Below are positions 39,001-48,275 of a DNA stretch of 48,899 nucleotides, piece after piece. Position 1 is the first letter of the stretch. Every line of letters starts with the position of its first letter. A model generated the notes under the pieces. It was given only the letters and a program-made list of their open reading frames with translations. It was not told where the DNA came from and did not search any database. The stretch lies in the NCBI GenBank assembly GCA_015233495.1, contig JADFXQ010000008.1:1-48899 (forward strand). Reading direction: 5' to 3'. The position numbers were made by a program, and so were the translations under genes. The DNA is from Candidatus Omnitrophota bacterium (GTDB lineage: Bacteria; Omnitrophota; Gorgyraeia; Zapsychrales; Zapsychraceae).

Positions 39001-39919
39001 AGTCTTTCGCGAATATACCCATGTTCAAAGAGAAATCCGCTCGCAATTAGAACATCCGCATCACCAAAATCAAGGACCTTTGACGCGAATCAAAGGCGCG
39101 CTCGCGTCCTTGGAACACTTCGTGTATGGATGTTCTTATATCCTCGCCTTTTTAAAACCTTATCTCTCTATCTTTATCGTTCTTGTTCAATTGACCTTGA
39201 TGCCCAAAAACTATTACCAGCTTTTTTACCCCGAAGATTCTCCTGAGAAAAACCTCGAACCAACGAACACAATCTACCCAATCATCGGAGAACAACAATC
39301 AGCAGATACAAATCCTGCTCATATTCAAATCCCCGTCCCGCTTGACGCAGAACAACCCTCGACATTATGGGACGCGCTCTTTCCTTTTATCCGCCCTAAG
39401 CCGACCAGATTCCAAAATATCTTCACGCCGATTTATTCCCGTAATATCTCCGGTATTATCACTCCGGCCAAGGCCGCCTACCGCCAAAAAACGAGCCGGC
39501 CAATCCAACGTCCGTCGCTTCCGCCAACATTAACGAGCGCGATACAGAACATAACCATTGCTCTTCCATCCCGTGTTTCTTCTGCTAATGGTCTATTTCT
39601 TCGTAAAAAAACGCCAAACCCGGTTGCCAGCCCCTCTGCCGCGCCGCAAAATAACGAAGCCAAAAATTCGGCCGTAATACCCCAAATCAACCCACTCAAT
39701 ACCGCGCCACATAATGTAAACTGGTCAGAAATCACGCCAATCAGCGGTTCAGGGAGCGCTTGGCAAAATCCAGCGCCGCCATCCGTCCAGGGCTTAGCGT
39801 TTGTGATTGAAAACTTGGATCCTATTTTGAATTTCTCAAACTATCTCAAATTGTTTTTTTCGTCAAAACCGCTTTCCATAAATGCGATAAACAGCGCAAT
39901 CCCGCCTGGGCCGCAATGA
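36065..39919 (+). CDS. Large secreted modular protein, paralog of 20922-24884, with duplicated membrane-associated cargo
   Basis: 1284 aa; signal peptide ending AQA; shared N-domain motifs WVNL.P, LKVMLE.DYL, W.K, SGG. Confidence 0.85.
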   Translation: MHIYPSHQNPAFKKITSWFVIGCFTFNTLFFTLAPVKTAQAKFFTPIAISVTSLNNLPLIQGLKINPTNPFELQFLLSHDRTEAPSRQEIDKIIKYFLTFLTIPEDEIWVNLSPVEHQKIIPAAFGQTQAGKDLLAIDFQVKQFTASLTDPRNAIGQTFWSKIYAESERINGHSDGTVSLNHKVCLIPEKAVIYEKDNAAIISEGILKVMLETDYLARQQLDNDKPRVSNSVKPEISAKIYRELLLPILTRELNENPSFRPLKQIFYALILANWFKHYLRQNILIRMCGDQSKLGGLNEVQRQEIDRIYQQYLQSYEQGVYNFTQEDPEPGTDDIITRTYSSGGFYAGHFADWAQVRPVSYSPDLPTMLQTLSQHFSNTTIVLTPWNDHVFPSVISSPIKTNLPAPSTQSPDIFTRWQELLDADIPWSPATTKTLIARLQTFRQANPLDFKKFFGQAAFYWKIRELSLQTCQKLSLWNHPPDAYRAYFYRLSRYANLARFALGHCGTMDSYKSHFLPQNDRIWFFHTPHWLSQAMRIFFLADYCFHSSQQKILDIIPDLAQAHNRLNLIETRILGSAAANTTTEQLTDNLAAFSQNLESPRPDSIEGQDLLRRHGQIYSFLSYLLGLTGIAIVSLHSAQSVQSIFAGLSTLTHLFVYRYLLILLSPWLIAREFKRFDNLLVDYTASFSDFPSAFSLKNGPAIYQGNETVPNRFDALFLAWEQLLNSAVPPQAEKLDTIAAQLTSVIKTTTLSWKDFRSNLNQYHRIRDLSRKTVEWIDGETCFHDYFEFFALWSIYANEIWLSMARFAEIDVLKGKFIPPYVIPFLNIPIGEPFLRGLHFIFGLTFRYHLARNGVLHSIEKISHLQHLINVRAQKLLGEKYPQNGSTDPRPELINSFRMIDNQYRHPAREGLVGRYYYQRVFDICDLSFNLMILLTMVGVKILHPQAAAIRLMGFPVIKTSAFLYLIFYWIRPTQAYIEVFREYTHVQREIRSQLEHPHHQNQGPLTRIKGALASLEHFVYGCSYILAFLKPYLSIFIVLVQLTLMPKNYYQLFYPEDSPEKNLEPTNTIYPIIGEQQSADTNPAHIQIPVPLDAEQPSTLWDALFPFIRPKPTRFQNIFTPIYSRNISGIITPAKAAYRQKTSRPIQRPSLPPTLTSAIQNITIALPSRVSSANGLFLRKKTPNPVASPSAAPQNNEAKNSAVIPQINPLNTAPHNVNWSEITPISGSGSAWQNPAPPSVQGLAFVIENLDPILNFSNYLKLFFSSKPLSINAINSAIPPGPQ

Positions 39920-39950
39920 ATAATCGATTTTCTTTTGACACTTTGTTTTA

Positions 39951-40616
39951 CTACAGACGTTCGGGATGGTGTTTTACGACTGTCGCCTTAAGCATGAAGA
40001 TAACGTCTTCGGCGATGTTCGTGGCATGGTCGCAGATGCGTTCCAAATGCCGGGCAACCAATAACAGCGGTATAGCGCGGGAAGCGGTTTGCGGATCTTT
40101 CATCATGAAATCGTCCAATAGTTCTTTTTGAATCAGATCGCGCAATTGGTCCGCTTCGTAGTCGAGCTTGATCACGCGACCGGCCAGTTCGGCATCCTTA
40201 TTGACAAACGCATCCAAAGAGAATTTCGTCATCATTTGAGCGATCTCGGTGAGTTTGGGAATATCAATCAAAGGTTTCAAATGCGGCTTACCTAAGAGCT
40301 CTAAGACCCGTTGGGCGATGTCCACTGCCAGATCGGCAATACGTTCCAGGTCCGTCGTTATCTTCATTACCATGGTGATAAACCGCAGGTCAACCGCCAT
40401 CGGCTGACGCAAGGCTAATAAATCAATACATTTTTCATCAATGGCGTTTTCCATTTCATCGATAATGATATCATTGCTTATCACCGCGCTAGCGCGGTTT
40501 AAACTCAATTCCTTAAGCGCTTCGACGGATTCAAAAATGGCCAATTCCGCTAAACTCCCCATCCGCACCAAATCATTGCGCAGCTGGGCCAGTTCCTGAT
40601 CAAAATGTTTTTCCAT
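39951..40616 (-). CDS. phoU: Phosphate signalling protein PhoU
   Basis: QPMAVDLR, DLERIAD, RHLERICDHATNIAE. Confidence 0.95.
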   Translation of the reverse strand: MEKHFDQELAQLRNDLVRMGSLAELAIFESVEALKELSLNRASAVISNDIIIDEMENAIDEKCIDLLALRQPMAVDLRFITMVMKITTDLERIADLAVDIAQRVLELLGKPHLKPLIDIPKLTEIAQMMTKFSLDAFVNKDAELAGRVIKLDYEADQLRDLIQKELLDDFMMKDPQTASRAIPLLLVARHLERICDHATNIAEDVIFMLKATVVKHHPERL

Positions 40617-40655
40617 ACTTCCATACCTTTCATTAAATATCATTGCTGTCCAAAT

Positions 40656-40679
40656 TGTGGGCCGACCTTGTGTCCGCCC
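40656..40679 (-). repeat. REP-like palindrome
   Basis: gggcggacacaaggtcggcccaca hairpin between pstB and phoU. Confidence 0.5.
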
Positions 40680-40726
40680 GAAGAACCGGGCCTTACCCAT
40701 TCAAAACTTCAAAGAGGCAATATATA

Positions 40727-41488
40727 TTATCCAAATCTCCCGGTGATATACGCCTCAGTGCGCGGATCATGCGGCGCGGTAAAAATATGCTGGGTGTCAC
40801 TGTATTCAATCATTTCTCCTAACAAAAAAAACGCCGTGTAATCCGCGACCCGCGCTGCTTGCTGCATATTATGCGTGACAATGACAATCGTATAATCTTG
40901 TTTTAATTCGAGAATCAATTCCTCGATTTTCCCGGTAGAAATCGGGTCCAGACTCGCGCAAGGCTCGTCGAATAAAATAACTTCCGGCTCCACCGCCAGA
41001 CAACGGGCAATGCAAAGCCTTTGCTGCTGGCCGCCGGACAAGCGCAAAGCGCTGTCTTTCAAACGGTCCTTAACCTCATTCCATAACGCGGATTTTTTCA
41101 GAGAATCAATAACCTTTTCCTCAATATAACGCTTATCGGTCATGTTATTAACTTCCAAGCCATAACTGATATTTTCATAAATGCTTTTCGGAAAAGGATT
41201 CGGTTTTTGAAACACCATTCCCGCCCGGCGGCGGATCTGCACCGGATCAACCTTGGGATCAAATATATTCAGCCCGTCAAATAATATCCTGCCCGAAACC
41301 CTGGAATGCGGCACCAGCTCGTTCATCCGGTTGATTAAACGTAAAAACGTCGATTTCCCGCACCCCGAAGGCCCGATGATCGCGGTGACTCTATTCGTGT
41401 ACAGTTGCAGATTAATATTTTTTAAGGTCTGGTGTTTGCCGTAATAAAAATCAATATTTTCCGCTTTAATTTTAACCTGTTTAACCAT
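40727..41488 (-). CDS. pstB: Phosphate ABC transporter ATPase
   Basis: [41 protein letters not shown]. Confidence 0.97.
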   Translation of the reverse strand: MVKQVKIKAENIDFYYGKHQTLKNINLQLYTNRVTAIIGPSGCGKSTFLRLINRMNELVPHSRVSGRILFDGLNIFDPKVDPVQIRRRAGMVFQKPNPFPKSIYENISYGLEVNNMTDKRYIEEKVIDSLKKSALWNEVKDRLKDSALRLSGGQQQRLCIARCLAVEPEVILFDEPCASLDPISTGKIEELILELKQDYTIVIVTHNMQQAARVADYTAFFLLGEMIEYSDTQHIFTAPHDPRTEAYITGRFG

Positions 41489-42329
41489 TCTGATAACCCC
41501 TCTGTTTTTGACGGATAAGAATCGCGATGAATGACACTAATAAAATCAGAATTAAAAGAATCACACTGCATCCATAAGCGATCGCGGTTTGTTTTTCGGG
41601 ATGCGTCCCTTCCGTCATTAAAGCGTAAATATGATAGGGCAAGACCATAACCTCGGAAAAAACCGATTTGGGATATCCTTTCAAATAAAAGGATGCCGCC
41701 GTGAAAAGAATCGGCGCGGTCTCGCCGGCAATCCGTCCAACGCTCAATATCACGCCGGTTAATATCCCCGGGAGGGCGCCGGGCAAAACAATTTTTTTTA
41801 TGGTTTGCCATTTGGTGGCGCCTAATGCCAAAGAGGCTTCGCGCAACGATTGAGGCAAGGCGGTCAGCGCTTCCTGACTCGCGGAAATGATCATCGGCAG
41901 GACCAAGATCCCCAAAGTTAAACTTCCGGAAAGAATGGAAACGCCAAATTTAAAATAATTCACAAAAATCGCCAAACCAAATAACCCAAATACCACAGAT
42001 GGCACTCCGGCCAAATTATGGATGCTGATCCGGATGATATTCACGATAAATCCCTTGGGAGAATATTCACAAAGATAAATCGCGCAACAAAGCCCTAAAG
42101 GCAAAGCAAAAATAATCGCGCCCGCGGTCAAATATAAAGTGCCGATTATCGCCGGGGCAACCCCTCCCGCGGTCATACCGGAACGCGGCGCGGCGGTTAA
42201 AAATTGCCAGGATAAGACCTGACTGCCGCGCGCCAAAATAAAAAATATGATTAATGCCAAAAAACCGATAGTAACAAACATCGTCAAATACAAAAAACCA
42301 AATCCCAGATTTTGCGCGGTTTTATTCAT
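41481..42329 (-). CDS. pstA: Phosphate ABC transporter permease
   Basis: [32 protein letters not shown]. Confidence 0.95.
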   Translation of the reverse strand: MNKTAQNLGFGFLYLTMFVTIGFLALIIFFILARGSQVLSWQFLTAAPRSGMTAGGVAPAIIGTLYLTAGAIIFALPLGLCCAIYLCEYSPKGFIVNIIRISIHNLAGVPSVVFGLFGLAIFVNYFKFGVSILSGSLTLGILVLPMIISASQEALTALPQSLREASLALGATKWQTIKKIVLPGALPGILTGVILSVGRIAGETAPILFTAASFYLKGYPKSVFSEVMVLPYHIYALMTEGTHPEKQTAIAYGCSVILLILILLVSFIAILIRQKQRGYQNG

Positions 42330-43213
42330 CGCGACATCCCCAGCTTGATCCTAAAACGGCGGCTGATCAGCTCAGCGACAATGTTCAAGATAAATGTCAG
42401 CCCGAACAAAATCAAAGCGATCGCGAACAAAGCGTGATAATGATCACTGCCCATCGGCGACTCTCCCATTTCCGCGGCGATTGCCGCGGTCATCGGACGC
42501 ACCGGGTCGAAAAATGATTTTAACATCACCGCGGCTCCTCCCGAGACCATCAAAACCGTCATGGTCTCTCCGATAATCCGGCTCATCCCCAGAATTATCG
42601 CAGTGGAAATCCCGGATCCCGCCGCGGGAATTATCACCCGGGTCAAAGTCTGCCATCGGTCAGCGCCCACCGCAAAAGAAGCCTCCCGGAAAGATTGCGG
42701 CACATAGCTAAGCGCGTCATCGGCAAGACTACAAATTGTCGGAGTAGCCATGATCCCTAAAACAATGCTCGCGGACAAGGCGCATAAACCGGTGGATAAA
42801 TGGAAAGTTTTTTGCAAAAACGGCGATAAAATCGCCATGCCGAAAAAACCATAAACAATCGAAGGAATACCGGCGAGGATTTCAATGACCGGCTTGAGTA
42901 TCGCTTTTTGCTGAAAACCAGCCAGTTCATTTAAGTAAAGCGCGCTGCCAATCCCTAAAGGAACGCAAATGAACAAAGCGCCCAGCATAATCCAGAAAGA
43001 CGCGCTGATCAACGGGAATATCCCGAACTCCGGCGGGTCGTAAGTCGGATACCATAATTTCCCGAAGAAAAAATCCATAAATTTGATTTTTTGAAATAGG
43101 GGCAAAGATTCCTTGACCAAAATCACGGTGATCCCGACAAGAAACAATAATGAAGCAAAAGCAAAAACCGTAAAAATCCATTTATAAATTTTTTCTTTAA
43201 TATTGATTTTCAT
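42326..43213 (-). CDS. pstC: Phosphate ABC transporter permease
   Basis: LAGIPSIVYGFFG, GETM, HYHALF. Confidence 0.95.
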   Translation of the reverse strand: MKINIKEKIYKWIFTVFAFASLLFLVGITVILVKESLPLFQKIKFMDFFFGKLWYPTYDPPEFGIFPLISASFWIMLGALFICVPLGIGSALYLNELAGFQQKAILKPVIEILAGIPSIVYGFFGMAILSPFLQKTFHLSTGLCALSASIVLGIMATPTICSLADDALSYVPQSFREASFAVGADRWQTLTRVIIPAAGSGISTAIILGMSRIIGETMTVLMVSGGAAVMLKSFFDPVRPMTAAIAAEMGESPMGSDHYHALFAIALILFGLTFILNIVAELISRRFRIKLGMSR

Positions 43214-43233
43214 TAGTGTTCTTTTTAAGAAGA

Positions 43234-43272
43234 ACCCCGCGGGTACGCTGAACCAACGTGCGACCCGCGGGG
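43234..43272 (-). other. Stem-loop between pstS and pstC (likely stabilises or attenuates pstS mRNA)
   Basis: ccccgcgggt...acccgcgggg inverted repeat. Confidence 0.55.
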
Positions 43273-43301
43273 ATCTTATCCCGGCGTTTAAAACAACTAA
43301 T

Positions 43302-44114
43302 TTATTTCAAAACCACGAAACCTTCCTCATCCACTATCTTCTGTCCTGCCGGGCTCGCGACAAAATCAAGGTATTCTTTCGCCAACCCTTTCGGCGCGCC
43401 GTTTGTGTACATGAACAAGGGGCGGCCGATTGAATATTTATTCGATAAAACCGTTTCTTTGTTCGGCATCACGCCATCAATCCCCAGGGCCTTTACGGAA
43501 GAAGATAAGAACCCTAATCCGACATAACCTATCCCATCCGGAGTTTGCGCCACCGTGGTGGCGATCGCCTGATTCGACGCCTGCATCAAAGCATCAGTAC
43601 GGACTTTTTCATTATTCAAGACTAATGTCCCGAACGCTTCAAACGTCCCGCTGGAAGTGTCCCGGGAAATAACCACAATCTTGCCGCCGGTTCCGCCGAC
43701 TTCTGACCAATTGGATATCTTGCCGGTATAAATGTCTTTCACTTGTTTCTTGGTTAAACCACTGATGCCATTCGCGGGATTCACAATCACCGCGATCCCG
43801 TCCATGGCCACCACTGTGGCTTTCGGATCCCGTCCATTGGTCACGGCTTTATCCAATTCCGCGTCTTTAATCGGGCGGGAAGAATTGGCAATGTCGCAAG
43901 TTCCGTCGATAAGCGCCGCGATCCCCACGCCTGAACCGCCGCCGCGCACCGTAATATCCGCGCCGGAATTCTTCTGCATAAACACTTCCGCGGCTTTTTG
44001 CGCGATCGGCAGAACGGTGGTCGAGCCGGTGATCACCAATCTTTCCGCGAAACTATTCGCGGCCGTGAGCAGGATGAGCGCTGCCAGCAGCATAACACTT
44101 TTCATAACTTTCAT
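43302..44114 (-). CDS. pstS: Phosphate-binding protein
   Basis: GSTTVLP, GGGSGVG, SSR, RDTSSGTFE, IGYVG. Confidence 0.95.
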   Translation of the reverse strand: MKVMKSVMLLAALILLTAANSFAERLVITGSTTVLPIAQKAAEVFMQKNSGADITVRGGGSGVGIAALIDGTCDIANSSRPIKDAELDKAVTNGRDPKATVVAMDGIAVIVNPANGISGLTKKQVKDIYTGKISNWSEVGGTGGKIVVISRDTSSGTFEAFGTLVLNNEKVRTDALMQASNQAIATTVAQTPDGIGYVGLGFLSSSVKALGIDGVMPNKETVLSNKYSIGRPLFMYTNGAPKGLAKEYLDFVASPAGQKIVDEEGFVVLK

Positions 44115-44136
44115 TTTTTCTCTCCTATTTCTTTAA

Positions 44137-45435
44137 TTAGAATTTGACGTTCCAATCCAATTGATAAACCTGCGCCTCGGCTGCCGAAATTTCCGGCGCG
44201 AGTTTTTTGCCTCGGTAATAATCAAAACTTAAACCGGTATTCTTGCTTAAAGCGAATTCCAGAATCGCTTCATGCGAATTGATCCCGGTTTTGCCGCCAT
44301 AACGGTCGGAATCCGGCAGAATATCCAAAACCGCGTCTTTCTCTAATTTGGTGAAATTATAGGTCAATTTCCACTCTCCGAAGTTCGCGGGCTTCTCCGT
44401 GCCGAATTTGACTCCGAACATATGCCCGGTTTGATTCTTTTTCGTAATTACCTGCGGATTGGTAATATACTCGCCGAAAAACGCGAGATAAGGAATGTTG
44501 ACCTGATTCAAATAAGGCACTGCTTTTAACGGATCCTTAAACGAAATTTCGGTTACCGGGAAAATCGCGTCATACCCGTATTTTAATCCGGTATCCGTCG
44601 ATCCGGCAAGCGTCGCCGTAGTATTGGTCCCGGCTGTGCCATCCATTAATACGCCTTTGACATTGCTGGTCGAATAATAGGATATCGCGGATTTTACTGA
44701 AATAAAATCCGTGACCGCGTATTTAAAACCCGCCTGCAGAATAGCCATATTCGGATCATTGTCTTCCGTGGAAATTTCTTTCAAGATAAAATCCGCGCCT
44801 GTCGCGAAAACGTCAAGTTGAGGATTGATCGTTTTCGTCAATTGGACTGCGAAGCCTTCCGGATTGATATCCGTGTCCCAAACCATGTCCATCGGTTCCC
44901 ATAATGGATTTTTCATCTTACCAGCGGTTACCGAAGCCCAGGAAAAAGGCGTATAGGTTGCGTAAGCGTAATCCAAGGCAATGGGTTTTTTGCTAAAACC
45001 TTTTTCCAGGGTCGCGTTAGTCGACCGGGAAGCGTCGGTTGAACCATCGGATAGACCCGTCGCAAGTCCCACGCCAACCAGAAGTTTATCATTAGCTTTT
45101 GCTTCCACGCCCAATCGCAATCTGATCCGGCCGCGGGAGCGCTCAATATTGGAATGCTGCGCTTTGTCCATCTGATAACGCGCCCGAAAATCTCCCTTTA
45201 GTTTTACTGTCTGCACCCAGGAAGGGATCATTTCATTCGTGCCTTTGGCATTTTGCTTCCTGACTTCTTCTTTTGTTTCTGTGGCGATTTGTTGGGCTTC
45301 GCCGGCCGTCAAAACATTCTTCTCTACGAGTTTTTGCAACAGAATATCCATTTCACTGGCTTGCGCGCCGCGCAGGATTAAGCCGAATGCCAGAAACCCG
45401 GCCATCCCCATGATCATAAACAATTTTCTCTTCAT
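44137..45435 (-). CDS. Putative porin in pho regulon
   Basis: Signal peptide, LVEKNVLT..EA coil, GDFRARY, RIRLRLG, STN, WDTDINPEG, C-terminal VKF. Confidence 0.8.
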   Translation of the reverse strand: MKRKLFMIMGMAGFLAFGLILRGAQASEMDILLQKLVEKNVLTAGEAQQIATETKEEVRKQNAKGTNEMIPSWVQTVKLKGDFRARYQMDKAQHSNIERSRGRIRLRLGVEAKANDKLLVGVGLATGLSDGSTDASRSTNATLEKGFSKKPIALDYAYATYTPFSWASVTAGKMKNPLWEPMDMVWDTDINPEGFAVQLTKTINPQLDVFATGADFILKEISTEDNDPNMAILQAGFKYAVTDFISVKSAISYYSTSNVKGVLMDGTAGTNTTATLAGSTDTGLKYGYDAIFPVTEISFKDPLKAVPYLNQVNIPYLAFFGEYITNPQVITKKNQTGHMFGVKFGTEKPANFGEWKLTYNFTKLEKDAVLDILPDSDRYGGKTGINSHEAILEFALSKNTGLSFDYYRGKKLAPEISAAEAQVYQLDWNVKF

Positions 45436-45452
45436 TCCTTTGTCTCCTTTTT

Positions 45453-45653
45453 CTATTCTATTTCATTTTGATACAATTTGCGCAGGCCGCGAATATCGAC
45501 CTCCACTTCACGCAAACGATTGTCCGCGTAATAAGGATCAAACTTCTCCTCCTCAATATTACGCAAAACATCGTTGAGCCGATTCACCTGAAATCGCAGT
45601 TTGGAGGCCACAAAATCGCGTTTGATCGACGGCATATCTCTCATTAAAAGCAT
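45453..45653 (-). CDS. Small hypothetical helical protein (66 aa)
   Basis: Strong AGGAG RBS before MLLMRD; first ORF after Pho boxes. Confidence 0.55.
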   Translation of the reverse strand: MLLMRDMPSIKRDFVASKLRFQVNRLNDVLRNIEEEKFDPYYADNRLREVEVDIRGLRKLYQNEIE

Positions 45654-45732
45654 ACTCCTCTCCTTCTTTTCGATTTGGTCTCCCTTGAGACCGGTTTTTT
45701 CTTTGTTTGACATTTAAAGTTTAAATGAAAGA

Positions 45733-45771
45733 TGTAACAACAAAATGAAGTGATTGTGAACTTGGTGTGAA
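45733..45771 (-). promoter_or_regulatory. Pho-box-like array
   Basis: TTCACA, TTCACA, TTCATT, GTTACA at exact 11-bp spacing between phoR and the porin-pst operon. Confidence 0.7.
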
Positions 45772-45807
45772 CTTTTTTTAGGAAGAAGTGCGATTTTCGA
45801 AAGAGGC

Positions 45808-47583
45808 CTAAACTATCGGAAGAGTAAAACTAAATATCGTGCCGCGGCCGGGTTGCGATTCTACCCAAACCTGGCCTTCATGCGCGAGGATAATGTGTTT
45901 GACAATCGAGAGGCCTAAGCCGGTGCCGCCTAACTCGCGCGAATGCGCTTTATCGACGCGGTAGAATCGCTCAAAAATCCGGGGCAAATCTTCTGGAGCA
46001 ATGCCGATTCCGGTATCCGCGATATCCACTTGAGCATATTTTTCATATATCCGGGCGCTGATTTTTAAGGCGCCGCCTTCCGGAGTGAATTTAACCGCGT
46101 TGTCTAACAGATTCAAAAATACCTGGGCCAAACGGCCTTCATCCGCTTTCACCTTTGGCAAATCCACGGGAATATTTAGGTCAACGGCAAGTTGTTTCTG
46201 CGCAATGCTCTTTTTCAAAACCCCAATCGTCCGTTGAATAATCGGTTTAAGGTCGATGGGCATTAAAACCATATTCATTTTGCCGGATTCGATTTTTGAC
46301 AAATCCAGCAAATCGGCGATCAGCCGGGCCAGCCGTTCGCTGTCCTGATAAATGATCTGGATAAAATCGCGGGCATTATTTTTGTCTTCGATCGCGCCGT
46401 CCAAAAGGGTTTCTGCGTATCCTTTAATGCTGGAAATCGGCGTGCGCAATTCGTGCGACACATTCGCCACAAAATCCTGACGGATTTTCTCTAAACGCCG
46501 CAGCTCAGTGATGTCATGAAAAACCAATACCGCGCCTTCCAAAACCCCGTTGCGCAAGACCGCGGCAGCATTAACCCGCAATGTCTTGCCTTCGCCATGC
46601 GGGATAAAAATCTCGGCGCTGACCAAGGCTTCGCGGGATTTTAAGATCCGGTCAGCGATATTCTGGACTCCGGCGTCGCGCACCACTTCAAATAAACCCC
46701 GGGCTTCCGGATTGCCGTCGATTAAGAACAATTTGCGGATTGACGGATTCATTAAAATCACGGTATAGCGCGCGTCAGTCACAATCACGCCTTCGAGCAT
46801 ACTGGACAAAACCGCGTCCAACCGGGCGCTTTCTTGGCGGATCGCGGTAATCTTATCCTTAATATCGTCCGACATCCGGGTCAAGGCTTTGGCCAAGTCG
46901 CCGATTTCATCGTCAGAACGGATCGAAGGCTTAACGGAAAAATCACCCAAGGACATTGCCTGAGCGATTTTAATCATTTGGGTCAGGGGACGCGACACAA
47001 ATCGCGCGATTAAAAACGTGAATCCCAGGCTTAAGAGAAACACCAAACCCAAAGCCACTATGACAATTTGCCGCAATTTTGTTTCCAGCATTTCAATCTC
47101 TGAAAGCGGGATAGCAAATCTTAATATGCCTACGGCTTGGGCTTGCCCAAAAGGTATCGCGACATAAAGCAAATATCGTTTTAAAGTATAGCTGAACCGC
47201 TTGCTCGTTCCATATCCCGTTTGTACTGCCTCGCGCACCTCGGGCCGGCTGCCGTGATTTTCCAGTTGAAGCAATTCGGCGTCCGTTAAATCCGTGTCGC
47301 CGATCACTTGGCCGTCCATACGCATGATCGTGGCGCGCAAGCCCAGGTCTTCCCCAATGTGATGGGCGAGCCGGTTCGCTTCCGCCAAATCCGCTTTATC
47401 CAGCCAGTTGGTTTCGAGAAAACTTTTGGTCAATAAAAGCTGATGTTTGAGATTATTACTAAGATTTTTTTCCAGGTAGGTTTTTAGATGCGCGGTTAAA
47501 TAAAAATAACCGGCCAGCAAACCGGCAATAACCGCCGAGCAAAAAATCCAGGTCAATTTCCAATGCAGTTTAAGTTTCATCAT
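45808..47583 (-). CDS. phoR: Phosphate regulon sensor kinase
   Basis: HAMP, PAS, FVANVSHELRTP, FERFYRVDK, GGTGLGLSIVKH. Confidence 0.92.
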   Translation of the reverse strand: MMKLKLHWKLTWIFCSAVIAGLLAGYFYLTAHLKTYLEKNLSNNLKHQLLLTKSFLETNWLDKADLAEANRLAHHIGEDLGLRATIMRMDGQVIGDTDLTDAELLQLENHGSRPEVREAVQTGYGTSKRFSYTLKRYLLYVAIPFGQAQAVGILRFAIPLSEIEMLETKLRQIVIVALGLVFLLSLGFTFLIARFVSRPLTQMIKIAQAMSLGDFSVKPSIRSDDEIGDLAKALTRMSDDIKDKITAIRQESARLDAVLSSMLEGVIVTDARYTVILMNPSIRKLFLIDGNPEARGLFEVVRDAGVQNIADRILKSREALVSAEIFIPHGEGKTLRVNAAAVLRNGVLEGAVLVFHDITELRRLEKIRQDFVANVSHELRTPISSIKGYAETLLDGAIEDKNNARDFIQIIYQDSERLARLIADLLDLSKIESGKMNMVLMPIDLKPIIQRTIGVLKKSIAQKQLAVDLNIPVDLPKVKADEGRLAQVFLNLLDNAVKFTPEGGALKISARIYEKYAQVDIADTGIGIAPEDLPRIFERFYRVDKAHSRELGGTGLGLSIVKHIILAHEGQVWVESQPGRGTIFSFTLPIV

Positions 47584-48262
47584 CTTCTGCTTTGAACCGG
47601 TAACCAATCCCGATCACAGTTTCAATCGCTTTCCCGGGCCGGCCTAATTTTTCCCGCAGGCGTTTGATGTGGGTGTCCACTGTGCGCGTTGACACGTCGG
47701 CATGAATATCCCAAACATCCGCCAAAAGCCTTTCCCGGGTCTGCACCCGGCCGGGACGTTCCATCATGACTACCAGCAGTTTGAACTCCATTGCGGTTAA
47801 ATCGATTGCTTTTTCCCCGGCTCTGACTTGATGTTTTTCAATGTCGATGGTCACATCGCCGACCGCTAAATTTTCTTTCTGAGCAGGGGCGGTTTTGCCG
47901 CGCCGTAAAACCGCTTTCACCCGCAATGCCAATTCCCGCGGACTAAACGGTTTTACCATATAATCATCCGCGCCCAATTCTAACCCGACGATGCGATCTA
48001 CTTCTTCCCCGCGGGCAGTCAGCATAATGACGGGAATATGTTTTAAGCGTTCGTCTTGCCGCAAAGACCGGCAAACTTCAAACCCGTCCATTTGGGGCAG
48101 CATCACGTCTAAAATAATCAAATTGACCAAAGCGCGGTTTAAAAGCTCAAATCCCTCTTCTCCGGTGATCGCGCCAAGACACTCATACCCCGCCTTCTCC
48201 AGATTATAACGGATCAGCTTCGCGATGTTTTTGTCGTCTTCAATAATAAGGATTTTTTGCAT
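47570..48262 (-). CDS. phoB: Phosphate regulon response regulator (OmpR family)
   Basis: Receiver plus winged helix (TRTVDTHIKRLREKL); adjacent to phoR/pst. Confidence 0.9.
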   Translation of the reverse strand: MQKILIIEDDKNIAKLIRYNLEKAGYECLGAITGEEGFELLNRALVNLIILDVMLPQMDGFEVCRSLRQDERLKHIPVIMLTARGEEVDRIVGLELGADDYMVKPFSPRELALRVKAVLRRGKTAPAQKENLAVGDVTIDIEKHQVRAGEKAIDLTAMEFKLLVVMMERPGRVQTRERLLADVWDIHADVSTRTVDTHIKRLREKLGRPGKAIETVIGIGYRFKAEDDET

Positions 48263-48275
48263 AATCTCAAACGAT

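Noticed and set aside
40617..40700. Extended phoU N-terminus
   Set aside because: Runs through a REP-like palindrome; PhoU homology starts at MEKHF
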